A DNA stretch of 64,000 nt from an uncultured Clostridia bacterium (GCA_947625805.1 CANQPT010000005.1:10181-74180), one strand, 5' to 3'; positions 9,764 through 18,724 are shown, numbered from the stretch's first letter. Numbers and translations are program-made. The notes: generated from the letters alone by a model not told the origin.

Positions 9764-11302
9764 TCAGTATTGCATATAGATAAATCCTGTGGCGATCTCA
9801 CCCTTGATCCAGAAGCCGTAAATCAGCACTACGGCGGTTAAAGCGAACATCGCAAGCCACTGCACAAAGCCGTTTTTCCCGCCCAGCGAACGACGGATCT
9901 TAACACCGCGCTCCTGAATTCCTTCCACGATCAACAGACACAATAGCGAAACACCCAGTACGATATAATCCTGCGCCGTCAGACCGAGTTTTAAGAGCGT
10001 TCCGTCGGCAAATGGCTCGAGTGCAAAGGTATTCACCGTGCGAGAGAGCATATCCAGCGCCCCCAAAAAGGTTTCCGCCCGGGTGATATACCGCCCGATC
10101 AGCACGATCAGCGCCGTACGCACCATACGGAAGGCCCGAAAGAGAGCGCATTCTCTGTCCAGATGCACTGCCTTTGCAATGCGGGCAAACACCGGCTCCA
10201 GCAACAGCGCAGCAGTAATCAACACACCGTTCCACAGGCCGAAAAAAATATATTTCGGATCAGATCCATGCCAGATCCCGATGAAAAAATAGACAATAAA
10301 AGTCACGGCCGACGTGGGCAGAATCTTACCCGCCGCTCCGTGCAAATGCTTGCGCGCAAAACGGCCCAGCGCGGAAAAGGGACGGGAGAAAGAGAGCGGA
10401 TAAAAGACGTAATCACGCATCCATCCTCCCAGGGTGATATGCCATCTTCGCCAGAAGTCGGCAATGGAGGTGGCAAACAGCGGACGGCGGAAATTCTCGG
10501 GCATCTCGATACCAAACAGTTCGGCAACTCCGCGGGCAATGTCGATGCCGCCGGAAAAGTCCCCGTACAACTGAATACAGTAAAAGATCACCGCAAAAAG
10601 AATGATTCCGCCCGAATATGCGCTGTAATCGTCGATCACGGTCCCGACCACGGCGGCCGCCCGGTCGGCGATCACCAGTTTTTTGAAAAGACCCCAAAGC
10701 ACCAGCTGTATGCCGTCCCGCAAAAAGACCGCGTCCGGCCGACGGGCGGCGGACAACTGCGGGCCGAGATCGCGGTAACGGCTGATCGGTCCCTGCACCA
10801 TCTGCGGGAAGAACGCGACAAACAGCGCATATTTGCCGAAATTGCGCTCGACCGGGTACTTGCCGCGGTATGCGTCGATCACATAGCCGCAGGACTGAAA
10901 GATATAATAAGAAATCCCCATGGGCACCACAAGGGACAAAGGGGTAAACTTCTGTCCGGTGAGTGCGCCCACCGTGACCAGCACACCGTCCAAATATTTG
11001 AGGGCAAACAGCAACCCAAAACAAGAGAGCAGAGTGAGTGCGCACATTGCTCGCTTGTGCCGCTTGAGCCTCGCCTTATCCATACTTCCTTTGCGTGCGT
11101 TCAGCGCGGACAGGCGCAGGGCCGCAAGATAGGTGATCAGCGTGATCGCAATGGGATAAAGGCCGAGAATGGGGGATGCCCACAGATAAAAGACGTAACT
11201 TGCCGCAAGCAACACAAACCACTGTGCTTTTCCGGGCACAGTGTAGTAGAGCACCAGTGTGCCCAGTACAAGCAATAAAAAAGGAAATGAAGTAAAGGAC
11301 AA
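9764..11302 (-). CDS. MBOAT family O-acyltransferase (DltB/AlgI-like)
   Basis: 512-aa polytopic protein. Conserved MBOAT region FWRRWHITLGGWMRDYVFYPL with the catalytic His. TTG start 11302 after AGAGGA. Confidence 0.9.
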   Translation of the reverse strand: MSFTSFPFLLLVLGTLVLYYTVPGKAQWFVLLAASYVFYLWASPILGLYPIAITLITYLAALRLSALNARKGSMDKARLKRHKRAMCALTLLSCFGLLFALKYLDGVLVTVGALTGQKFTPLSLVVPMGISYYIFQSCGYVIDAYRGKYPVERNFGKYALFVAFFPQMVQGPISRYRDLGPQLSAARRPDAVFLRDGIQLVLWGLFKKLVIADRAAAVVGTVIDDYSAYSGGIILFAVIFYCIQLYGDFSGGIDIARGVAELFGIEMPENFRRPLFATSIADFWRRWHITLGGWMRDYVFYPLSFSRPFSALGRFARKHLHGAAGKILPTSAVTFIVYFFIGIWHGSDPKYIFFGLWNGVLITAALLLEPVFARIAKAVHLDRECALFRAFRMVRTALIVLIGRYITRAETFLGALDMLSRTVNTFALEPFADGTLLKLGLTAQDYIVLGVSLLCLLIVEGIQERGVKIRRSLGGKNGFVQWLAMFALTAVVLIYGFWIKGEIATGFIYMQY

Positions 11303-11305
11303 AGT

Positions 11306-11530
11306 TTATCCTCTGCGCGACTCGATCAGCCTGTATATGGCCTCAGCCGAATTGAAATTTTCGGGCAAAAGATCCTCTACATCCAGCTCGATTTCGTAGT
11401 GATCCATCAGAGTCGACACGATAGCCACCAACTCAAAGGAATCAATGCGTTCCCGATCCACTAAATCGGTTTCGTTTTCAAAATCAATGCTCGGACAGAT
11501 CTCCGAGAGCAGTGCGATCAGTTCTTCCAT
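11306..11530 (-). CDS. D-alanyl-carrier-protein-like acyl carrier protein (DltC-like)
   Basis: 74 aa starting at ATG 11530 after GGAAAGGAG. Phosphopantetheine-site context RIDSFELVAIV. The upstream part of the 207-aa ORF overlaps the GNAT gene and is discarded. Confidence 0.8.
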   Translation of the reverse strand: MEELIALLSEICPSIDFENETDLVDRERIDSFELVAIVSTLMDHYEIELDVEDLLPENFNSAEAIYRLIESRRG

Positions 11531-12308
11531 TTTGACCGGCTCCTTTCCAAAACGCAAGAGAACTTGTCCCATCGGGGACAAAGCCGTATTTTTGATAAAG
11601 TCCAAGTGCTGCGGCATTGGCAGCGCCTGTAAAGACCGTGAGTTTCTTTTGCCCCTCACGGGCGAGCAGTCCCGCCAGCAGACGGCTTGCTGTACCTTGT
11701 CCGCGCACGCGCTCGTCCACGGCGAGATGGCGGATTTCGAGTGACGCTCTTCCCTGCTCGGTGTGCAGCACTCCCATGGGACTTCCGTCCGGGAAACGGA
11801 TACAGTATACCCGTCCGCCCGTGACCGCGTCGGTAAGTTCCGCCCGGGTGGGCAGACAGCCCGTATATGGGTCAAAAGAGCGTGCCAGCAGATCGCCGAT
11901 CGCAGAAATATCCGCTTGATGTGCCGCATCCGGCAGATCCGCAGGCGCGCTTTCTCCGGCTTCTCGGGTCAAACGCACGCGCGTTAGCGCCGGCTCAAAT
12001 CCGGCAGCCGCAAAAACCTCCGGCAGAGCGGGCGCGTCCTCCGGACGAAAGGCCTGTTCCGCCACAATCACGCCCTCGGGAAGGTCCGGCAGTGCACAGT
12101 CCGGCTCCAGCAAATACTGCATCCGCCAAAAGCCCTTCCGCTTGCGAAAAAGCAACAATCCCCCTGCAAAGCAGGTGGCATACAGCGTTTGATGTTCTAT
12201 TTCGGGAAGATAACGCTCTTTTTCCAGCACAAGATCGGTCAGCCTGCCGGGCTTTAGTTCCGCCATGATTTTCCCGGAAAGCCACCTGTAATCAGCAATC
12301 CGTTCCAT
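11484..12308 (-). CDS. GNAT family N-acetyltransferase domain protein inside the dlt-like operon
   Basis: C-terminal GNAT motif A (HLAVDERVRGQGTASRLL ... LYQKYGF). Start uncertain: ATG 12308 or 12332, both overlapping the end of the upstream ligase gene. The 3' end overlaps the carrier gene by 47 nt. Confidence 0.65.
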   Translation of the reverse strand: MERIADYRWLSGKIMAELKPGRLTDLVLEKERYLPEIEHQTLYATCFAGGLLLFRKRKGFWRMQYLLEPDCALPDLPEGVIVAEQAFRPEDAPALPEVFAAAGFEPALTRVRLTREAGESAPADLPDAAHQADISAIGDLLARSFDPYTGCLPTRAELTDAVTGGRVYCIRFPDGSPMGVLHTEQGRASLEIRHLAVDERVRGQGTASRLLAGLLAREGQKKLTVFTGAANAAALGLYQKYGFVPDGTSSLAFWKGAGQNGRTDRTALGDLSEH

Positions 12309-13812
12309 GCTCTGAAATCTTCCAAAGGGCATTGCGATCCAGTTTTCCGTTGGACGTGCGCGGCAGTTGCTCCATGTGACATCGCACATTCGGATTCATA
12401 TATTTGGGCAACAGCTCGGCCGCCGCCCGGGAGAGCGCGCTCTCCTCAGCCTGTCCGCTGTAACAAGCGATGATGCGATCTTTTTCCCGATCAAAGATAC
12501 AGGCGATCTGATCCACGCCGGGTACGGCCGACAGCACGGTTTCGATCTCGGCAAGCTCGATGCGGTATCCCATATGCTTGACCTGATTGTCCTTGCGTGC
12601 ACAAAAACAAATCTCGCCCCGCTCGTTTATTTTGCCCAGATCTCCGGTGCGATAGATCAGGTCACGATAAGCGGTGTTGGCGGGATTCTGCACGAAAGCG
12701 GCGTCGGTCTTTTCCCGATCGCCGAAATATCCAAGCGCAAGACCGATTCCCCGCACGCAGATCTCGCCGATGCTTCCTTGGGGTACGCTTTGCAGATCTT
12801 CGTTTAGCAGCAGCACCTGCTTGTTCTCGCAAACCTTTCCGATGGGAATGCTCTCGCAGTCGGCAAACTCCCGCTCGATTTTATAATAGGTACAGTCCAC
12901 CGTTACCTCTGTGGGGCCGTAAAGATTGACGTATTCCACCTGCGGAAGCGCCCGCCTCCAGCGGTTTAACTGCTTTGCCTGCAATGCTTCCCCGCCCAGA
13001 ATGACCTTACCAAGCGAGGCGGGCGCGACACGCTCTAAAGCCCCGGAATTGGCCACCAGATGAAAAGCCGAGGTCGCCCATATGAAAGCGGTAATCCCCT
13101 CTTTCTCGGCAAACTCCAAAAGCAATTTGGGAAAGAGGAAAAAACGATGGGGAAAGATATGACAGGTGGCGGCATGCTTGACCGTCTGATAGATATCCTT
13201 GACCGAAAGGTCGAAATAAAAGGGCGCCTGATTTCCGAAAATATCATCCCCGCCAAAGCCAAAGGTTTCGCTCATCCATTCGGTAAAATCAATAACCGAG
13301 CGATGGCAGACAACAATGCCCTTGGGCACACCGGTAGAGCCGGAGGTAAAAATGATGTAAGCGGGATCTATATCCAGTACCTGTGCGCGCTGCGCACACA
13401 GCGCCGCGCTGTCGGTCGTATGTTCCACCGCTTGGGAAAAAAGCACGGTCGGGCAAAGAGCGGTCGTATCGGGCAAATCGGTCCCATCCGGGGTGATCAG
13501 ACAGAGCGGACGCACCTGCGCAAGAATATGCTCCATACGCCGGACGGGCATATGCGGATCAATGGGTAGATAGTAATTGCCCGAAGCCAGCACGCCGAAA
13601 AAGGCCGCAAGTGTATCCGCGCTGCGCTCGACCGCCACCGCGATCGGTCGGTTTAAGGCGCCAAAGCGCTCAAACAAATAACTGCCGATGGCCTCCGCCC
13701 GGTCGTACAACTGCGCGTAAGTGTATCCGGTCCGCTCGTCTGCAAAAGCGAGTTTGTCCGGAGCAGTCCGCACCGCGTCAGATAAATAGTCATAGAGGTT
13801 TTTCTGATACAT
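12292..13812 (-). CDS. amino acid adenylation enzyme, D-alanine--carrier protein ligase-like (DltA-like)
   Basis: 506 aa. AMP-binding core motifs IFTSGSTGVPKG, YGPTE, YRTGDL and the C-terminal NGKLDR. Confidence 0.88.
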   Translation of the reverse strand: MYQKNLYDYLSDAVRTAPDKLAFADERTGYTYAQLYDRAEAIGSYLFERFGALNRPIAVAVERSADTLAAFFGVLASGNYYLPIDPHMPVRRMEHILAQVRPLCLITPDGTDLPDTTALCPTVLFSQAVEHTTDSAALCAQRAQVLDIDPAYIIFTSGSTGVPKGIVVCHRSVIDFTEWMSETFGFGGDDIFGNQAPFYFDLSVKDIYQTVKHAATCHIFPHRFFLFPKLLLEFAEKEGITAFIWATSAFHLVANSGALERVAPASLGKVILGGEALQAKQLNRWRRALPQVEYVNLYGPTEVTVDCTYYKIEREFADCESIPIGKVCENKQVLLLNEDLQSVPQGSIGEICVRGIGLALGYFGDREKTDAAFVQNPANTAYRDLIYRTGDLGKINERGEICFCARKDNQVKHMGYRIELAEIETVLSAVPGVDQIACIFDREKDRIIACYSGQAEESALSRAAAELLPKYMNPNVRCHMEQLPRTSNGKLDRNALWKISEHGTDC

Positions 13813-13838
13813 TCCGCTTTCCCATCTTATCTAAGGAA

Positions 13839-13867
13839 ATTATAGCCCATTGCCCACCATTTGTCAA
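13839..13867 (-). promoter_or_regulatory. consensus sigma-A promoter of the dlt-like operon
   Basis: On the minus strand: TTGACA (13867-13862), 17-nt spacer, TATAAT (13844-13839). Lies about 25 nt upstream of ATG 13812. Confidence 0.7.
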
Positions 13868-13949
13868 GAGCAAGAGAAGAGCCGAAGTCACATGACTTGA
13901 GCCGCCAAACCTGCGGTCTGATTGGATAGGCGCTGTCCTGTGCTACGCC

Positions 13950-15119
13950 TCAGATCAATGCTTGGTATTTTTGGATTCCCTCCGTCAGTCTTGAGAGGCC
14001 ATCCTGCAATACCGTGCGCGAACAGGCTATGTTCATGCGGATAAAAGTCTCTCCACAGCGACCGTACTGCGCCCCCTCCGAAACGATCAGTCCTGTCGTA
14101 TCCCGAAGAAACCGAACGATCTCATCGGTATTGCCCACGATCTTGCCGCAATCAATCCAGAGCAAATACGTTGCTTGAGAGGGGACGATATGCAGCTTGG
14201 GGCAATTCTTTTTGATGAAGTCCGCCGCGATTTCTTTATTTTGAAACAGATATGCGCGAAGCTCGTCAAGCCACGACGCTCCTTTTGTAAAAGCGGCAAC
14301 GGCGGCCTCGACAGCAAAGGAGTTCGGCTCGGCCACTTCATCGGTGTTCAAACCCCGCCAGACCTTATGGCGAAGTGCCGGATTGGGCACCGCCACCGCC
14401 GCCGTCTGCAATCCTGCCAGATTGAAAGCCTTGGTCGGCGCAATGCAGGTGATGCTGTTTTCCCGGCATTCATCCGAAACGCTTGCAAAGGGAATATACT
14501 CCGTTCCGGGCGCGGTCAGGTCGCAGTGTATTTCATCGGACAGGACAACGACGTGATGCTTCTTGCACAGCGCGCCGATTTGCGCAAGCGTTTGTCTGTC
14601 CCATATTTTTCCGATGGGGTTATGCGGATTGCACAGAATCATCAGCGAAGTTTGCGGATCGGCGAGTTTCCTTTCCAGATCCTCAAAATCAATTTCATAT
14701 CTTCCGTCTTTGTACTTAAGTTCGCTTTCCAGTACCTGCCGTCCGTTGTTGCATATCGAATTGAAAAAAATATTGTAGACGGGGGTCTGTATCAACACCT
14801 TCTCGGCAGGCGTCGTCAGCTTTCGCACGATGCTTGAAATGGCCGGGACTACGCCCGTGCAGAAAATCAGCCAGTTACGTCCGACCTCAAAGTGATGCCT
14901 GTTTTTCCACCAATCTCTGTAAGCCGCATACCATAATTCGGGAATAACAGAATAACCGAACACGCCGTGCTGCGCTCTTTCTTTGATTGCGGACAGAATT
15001 TCCGGCGCAGTCTGAAAATCCATATCCGCTACCCACATGGGCAGCTCACCGTCCGATACGTCCCACTTTAATGAATTTGAATTTCTCCGATCTGTAACCG
15101 AATCAAAATTGTATTTCAT
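13950..15119 (-). CDS. patB: PatB/MalY family PLP-dependent C-S lyase (cystathionine beta-lyase type aminotransferase)
   Basis: Start at ATG 15119 (MKYNFDSVTDRRNSNSLKWDV), the hallmark N-terminus of MalY/PatB. ATGA overlap with the upstream gene's stop. Confidence 0.88.
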   Translation of the reverse strand: MKYNFDSVTDRRNSNSLKWDVSDGELPMWVADMDFQTAPEILSAIKERAQHGVFGYSVIPELWYAAYRDWWKNRHHFEVGRNWLIFCTGVVPAISSIVRKLTTPAEKVLIQTPVYNIFFNSICNNGRQVLESELKYKDGRYEIDFEDLERKLADPQTSLMILCNPHNPIGKIWDRQTLAQIGALCKKHHVVVLSDEIHCDLTAPGTEYIPFASVSDECRENSITCIAPTKAFNLAGLQTAAVAVPNPALRHKVWRGLNTDEVAEPNSFAVEAAVAAFTKGASWLDELRAYLFQNKEIAADFIKKNCPKLHIVPSQATYLLWIDCGKIVGNTDEIVRFLRDTTGLIVSEGAQYGRCGETFIRMNIACSRTVLQDGLSRLTEGIQKYQALI

Positions 15120-16015
15120 TTTTTCACCCCCGATTTCATCATGCACATCTGAACGGGCAGCGGTTCCGTTTGCCTGCAAATCACATTGGTTTTTGACGGA
15201 TCGACCTTGTCCCGTTCTATGGTCAGGTTTTCTATGTAGTCTGCGCGGATGGTTCCTCCCGACGGATTCAGTACGCTGTCGATTTTCCCGGTGACGTCCG
15301 CATCGACGGTGGAATACTCGAAAGCGAGCGTCGTGTTTAAGAGCTTGCAGTTTTTCATCACAAGGTTGTCGATATAGCACATTCCCTGCAAACTCTCGAC
15401 CGTGCAGCCTACCAGCGTCAGGTTCTTGGCGTTCCAGCCGAGATATTCGCCGGAAATAAAGGAATCATACACAGTCACGTTTTCGCTGTTCCAAAAAGCG
15501 TCCTTAGAGAGAAGATGCGAGTTGTGAATTTCCACATTCCGAGCGCCGTCAAAAGAATAGTTCCCGTATAACGTAAGGCCGGTGATTTTCATGTTGCTGC
15601 TGTTCATGGCAAAATAGTCGCCCTTTGCCATAACCCGATCCATAACTACGCCGTCGCAGTTCCAGAGGGTTTCCGCCGCATTGGGGAAAGATACGTTCCG
15701 GAGGGTCACGTCCTCGCACCGGCGGAAGTTTTTCGGCGCCTCGACCGCGCTGTCCTCCACGCTGATATGCTTTGTGTACCACACGCCGGCGCGTCCCATT
15801 TCAAACCAGGTGCAGTTTTTTATCGCAATGTTTTGACAGTACCAAAGCGGGTACTTCCATTTGAACATACTGCCAAACAGTTCAATGTCATGACTTTCCT
15901 TGAGCGGGGATTCTCCATTGTCAAAGATCGTATCGATCACCCGCAGGCACCTGCTCCCGAACAATGCGCGTTCTCCGGTTAAGTATCCCTGTTTGATTTC
16001 TTTTTTGATTTCCAT
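15116..16015 (-). CDS. DUF3737-like right-handed beta-helix protein
   Basis: 299 aa with repeated N-x-T/V-L/V beta-helix turns (NVTVYDS, NLTLVGC, NLVMKNC). Family assignment from memory. Confidence 0.7.
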   Translation of the reverse strand: MEIKKEIKQGYLTGERALFGSRCLRVIDTIFDNGESPLKESHDIELFGSMFKWKYPLWYCQNIAIKNCTWFEMGRAGVWYTKHISVEDSAVEAPKNFRRCEDVTLRNVSFPNAAETLWNCDGVVMDRVMAKGDYFAMNSSNMKITGLTLYGNYSFDGARNVEIHNSHLLSKDAFWNSENVTVYDSFISGEYLGWNAKNLTLVGCTVESLQGMCYIDNLVMKNCKLLNTTLAFEYSTVDADVTGKIDSVLNPSGGTIRADYIENLTIERDKVDPSKTNVICRQTEPLPVQMCMMKSGVKK

Positions 16016-16084
16016 GTTAAATTCCTCCGTTTATGATCCATGCAATACCGCGCAAACCGTTTCCGGCAGAAAGCGGGATGCCGT

Positions 16085-18451
16085 TTACTCTTTGCGCAGT
16101 CTGGCGTAAGTCGCCATCATCTTCTTGGTGCCTACCGTATCAAAAGCAACCTCATACAGGGTATCTCCGCCCATATCCTTGACCGAAAGTACCGTGCCCG
16201 CGCCAAAGGAAGCATGTACCACCCGATCACCGATAGAAAAGAGTTCTTTCGGCGCCGTACGCGGACGGAAAACGTCTCGCTGCAGCTCAGTTCGCCCGGT
16301 CGACCCCGCCGAACGGGTATAAAAATCTGTTCTTTGGCGTGCGGTCGGCTCCTCCGCACGTTCAAGATACCGTTCATCAATCTCTCCGATAAAGCAGGAG
16401 GGCGGATTGTAAGAGGTACTGCCGAACATCAAGCGCTCTCTTGCGTGGGTCATGATCAGTTTTTGCTTGGCGCGGGTGATGGCGACATAAGCAAGGCGGC
16501 GCTCTTCCTCCATTTCAGAGGCGTCGTTCATCGAGCGATGCCCCGGAAAAAGCCCGTCCTCCATACCCGGCATAAACACCACCGGAAACTCCAGACCTTT
16601 GGCAGAATGAATGGTCATCATGACCACCGCGTCCGCATCCCGGTCGTACTGATCCACGTCAGACACAAGAGCGACTTCCTCTAAGAAACCTGCCAAAGTC
16701 GCCTCCGGGTTGTTTTGCTCATACTCCACCGCAGTGGAAATCAACTCGTCCACATTTTCAAGGCGGTCGCGCTCGGCTTCTCCACCCGCCTCCAGCATTG
16801 CGTGATAACCGCTTTGCTCGATGGTTTCACGGAACAGTTCGGGCAAGGATACATTGGTACTCAGTTTGGCAAGAGAGTGGATAAGCGTGACAAACCCGGC
16901 AAGATTCGGGGCAACGCGGGAGAGCGCAATATATTTTGAAGCGTTTTCCATGACCGCGAACATACTCACACCCTCCGCCTGTGCAATCTGCTCCACTGCG
17001 GCAAGCGAGGTGTTTCCGATGCCGCGCTTGGGCTCGTTCACCACCCGTTTGAGGCGGACGTTGTCAGCGGGATTGTTGATCAGGCAGAGATATGCGATCA
17101 CGTCTTTGATTTCCTTACGATCATAGAAACGTGTGCCGCTCAGCACCCGATAGGCAAGTCCGCTGCGGGTAAAGGCGCTCTCAAGGGCCTGTGACTGGGC
17201 GTTTGTGCGGTAAAGAACGGCAAAATCGGAAAGCGGGCGTTTTCCTCCGGCGGATGCACGCAGAATCTCATCTGCAATGTACCGTGCCTCAAGGTTTTGC
17301 GTTTCCAGTTTTTTGACCAATACCTTTTCTCCATCTCCCTGCTCGGTCCACAGCCGCTTTCTGTGTCTGCCGACATTGCGGGCAATGACCGAATTGGCAG
17401 CGCCCAGAATGTTGCCCGTACTGCGATAGTTCTGCTCCAATTTGATTGTGTGGGTATCCCGGAACATACGGTCAAAGCCGAGAATATTCTCGATTGTCGC
17501 GCCGCGGAAAGCGTATATGCTCTGGTCGTCGTCACCGATTACCATTACGTTGTGATAATGCCCGCTCAAAAGCGAGATCAGTACAAACTGCGCGTGGTTG
17601 GTATCCTGATACTCGTCTACGCAGACATACTTGTATCTATGCTGATAATAACTGCGCACTTGCTCGTGGTTTTGCAAAAGTTCTACCGTTTTACAGATGA
17701 TATCGTCAAAATCCACCGCGTTGTTTTCAAGCAATCGCTTTTGATACTCTCTATATACCTTGGCTGCCATTTGCAGTTTATAGTCGCCGCCGGCCTCCGC
17801 ATCATAGTCCTCTACGGTCAGCAATTGTTCTTTGGCACGGCTGACGGCGTTCTGCACGGTTTTGATGGAAAGAAGCTTTTCATCGATATTCAGTGCGGCA
17901 AGGCAGTCGCGCAGCAAGCGCTTGGTGTCGTCGGTATCATAAATGGTAAAGCCGGAGCGCAGACCGACCCGCTCCCCCTCTCGCCGCAAAATGCGCAAAC
18001 AGACCGAATGGAACGTGCCCGCGTGAATATCGTCGGCACTCTGCTCGCCAAGGGTCGCGCTCAGGCGTTCTTTCATTTCGTTTGCGGCCTTGTTGGTAAA
18101 GGTGAAGCAGAGCACGGCCCAAGGAGGGCAAGCATCCTCTGCAAAAGCAGAAAGAATACCGTCTAAAGCCTCAGGCGGAAAAGAAAGTGCCTTCTCCAGC
18201 GTTTCAACCGTCTGCTCGGTAATATCCTCCGGGATACGTTCAGACGCATAAGCGTTTCCGTAGCGCACGATGTGCGTCACTCTGTGTACCAGGACGGTGG
18301 TCTTGCCGCTTCCCGCCCCCGCCAAAATAAGCAACGGGCCGTGAATGCAGTAAATCGCTTCCCGTTGTTCTTTGTTTAATCTACTGTATTTTTTATCAAA
18401 TAACGCGCGCTTTGCTTTCAAAAAGCGCGCGCCGAGTGCAGGATCCGCCAT
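16085..18451 (-). CDS. pcrA: ATP-dependent DNA helicase PcrA (UvrD/Rep superfamily 1)
   Basis: 788 aa. Walker A AGAGSGKTT, DEYQDT, further helicase motifs, and a C-terminal Tudor-like tail (GDRVVHASFGAGTVLSV). Confidence 0.95.
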   Translation of the reverse strand: MADPALGARFLKAKRALFDKKYSRLNKEQREAIYCIHGPLLILAGAGSGKTTVLVHRVTHIVRYGNAYASERIPEDITEQTVETLEKALSFPPEALDGILSAFAEDACPPWAVLCFTFTNKAANEMKERLSATLGEQSADDIHAGTFHSVCLRILRREGERVGLRSGFTIYDTDDTKRLLRDCLAALNIDEKLLSIKTVQNAVSRAKEQLLTVEDYDAEAGGDYKLQMAAKVYREYQKRLLENNAVDFDDIICKTVELLQNHEQVRSYYQHRYKYVCVDEYQDTNHAQFVLISLLSGHYHNVMVIGDDDQSIYAFRGATIENILGFDRMFRDTHTIKLEQNYRSTGNILGAANSVIARNVGRHRKRLWTEQGDGEKVLVKKLETQNLEARYIADEILRASAGGKRPLSDFAVLYRTNAQSQALESAFTRSGLAYRVLSGTRFYDRKEIKDVIAYLCLINNPADNVRLKRVVNEPKRGIGNTSLAAVEQIAQAEGVSMFAVMENASKYIALSRVAPNLAGFVTLIHSLAKLSTNVSLPELFRETIEQSGYHAMLEAGGEAERDRLENVDELISTAVEYEQNNPEATLAGFLEEVALVSDVDQYDRDADAVVMMTIHSAKGLEFPVVFMPGMEDGLFPGHRSMNDASEMEEERRLAYVAITRAKQKLIMTHARERLMFGSTSYNPPSCFIGEIDERYLERAEEPTARQRTDFYTRSAGSTGRTELQRDVFRPRTAPKELFSIGDRVVHASFGAGTVLSVKDMGGDTLYEVAFDTVGTKKMMATYARLRKE

Positions 18452-18598
18452 GTTTTATGTTCCTTCCGCTTTACAGGCTTTCTTTTGTAATATTGTATCA
18501 CAGTTCGTCCGTTTTTTCAAGAAGGACTCTTTTGGTGTGCGCTGTATTTTCGATGGGTGAATTCCCGCAAAATTTTTCACCTAATTTAGAAAGAAATC

Positions 18599-18627
18599 TT
18601 GACAAACTCTGATGCGTTTGGTATAAT
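18599..18627 (+). promoter_or_regulatory. perfect consensus sigma-A promoter for tRNA-Gln
   Basis: TTGACA (18599-18604), 17-nt spacer, TATAAT (18622-18627). Lies 20 nt upstream of the tRNA 5' end. Confidence 0.8.
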
Positions 18628-18646
18628 ACTATTCGCACTAAGGTAG

Positions 18647-18722
18647 TGCGGCATCGCCAAGCGGTAAGGCAACGGACTCTGACTCCGTCATTACCTAGGT
18701 TCGAATCCTAGTGCCGCAGCCA
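18647..18722 (+). tRNA. tRNA-Gln (anticodon CTG)
   Basis: Cloverleaf read by eye. Acceptor stem TGCGGCA/TGCCGCA (U1:A72 as in bacterial tRNA-Gln). D arm GCC-AAGCGGTAA-GGC. Anticodon arm ACGGA-CTCTGAC-TCCGT. T arm CTAGG-TTCGAAT-CCTAG. Discriminator G and an encoded CCA. Confidence 0.95.
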
Positions 18723-18724
18723 TG

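Noticed and set aside
10163-11278. 371-aa ORF on the plus strand
   Set aside because: It is entirely antisense to the well-supported MBOAT gene. Its composition is Arg/Gly/His/Gln-rich and low-complexity, with no RBS or motif. This is a typical shadow ORF in GC-rich coding DNA.
11531-11929. N-terminal 133 aa of the 207-aa ORF that contains the carrier protein
   Set aside because: This part overlaps the GNAT gene in another frame. The carrier domain begins at an internal ATG with a strong RBS, and DltC-like proteins are about 75-80 aa long.
15120-15380. 87-aa N-terminal extension of the patB ORF
   Set aside because: It overlaps the DUF3737-like gene and is Arg/His-rich nonsense. The MalY/PatB consensus N-terminus starts at ATG 15119 with an ATGA coupling.
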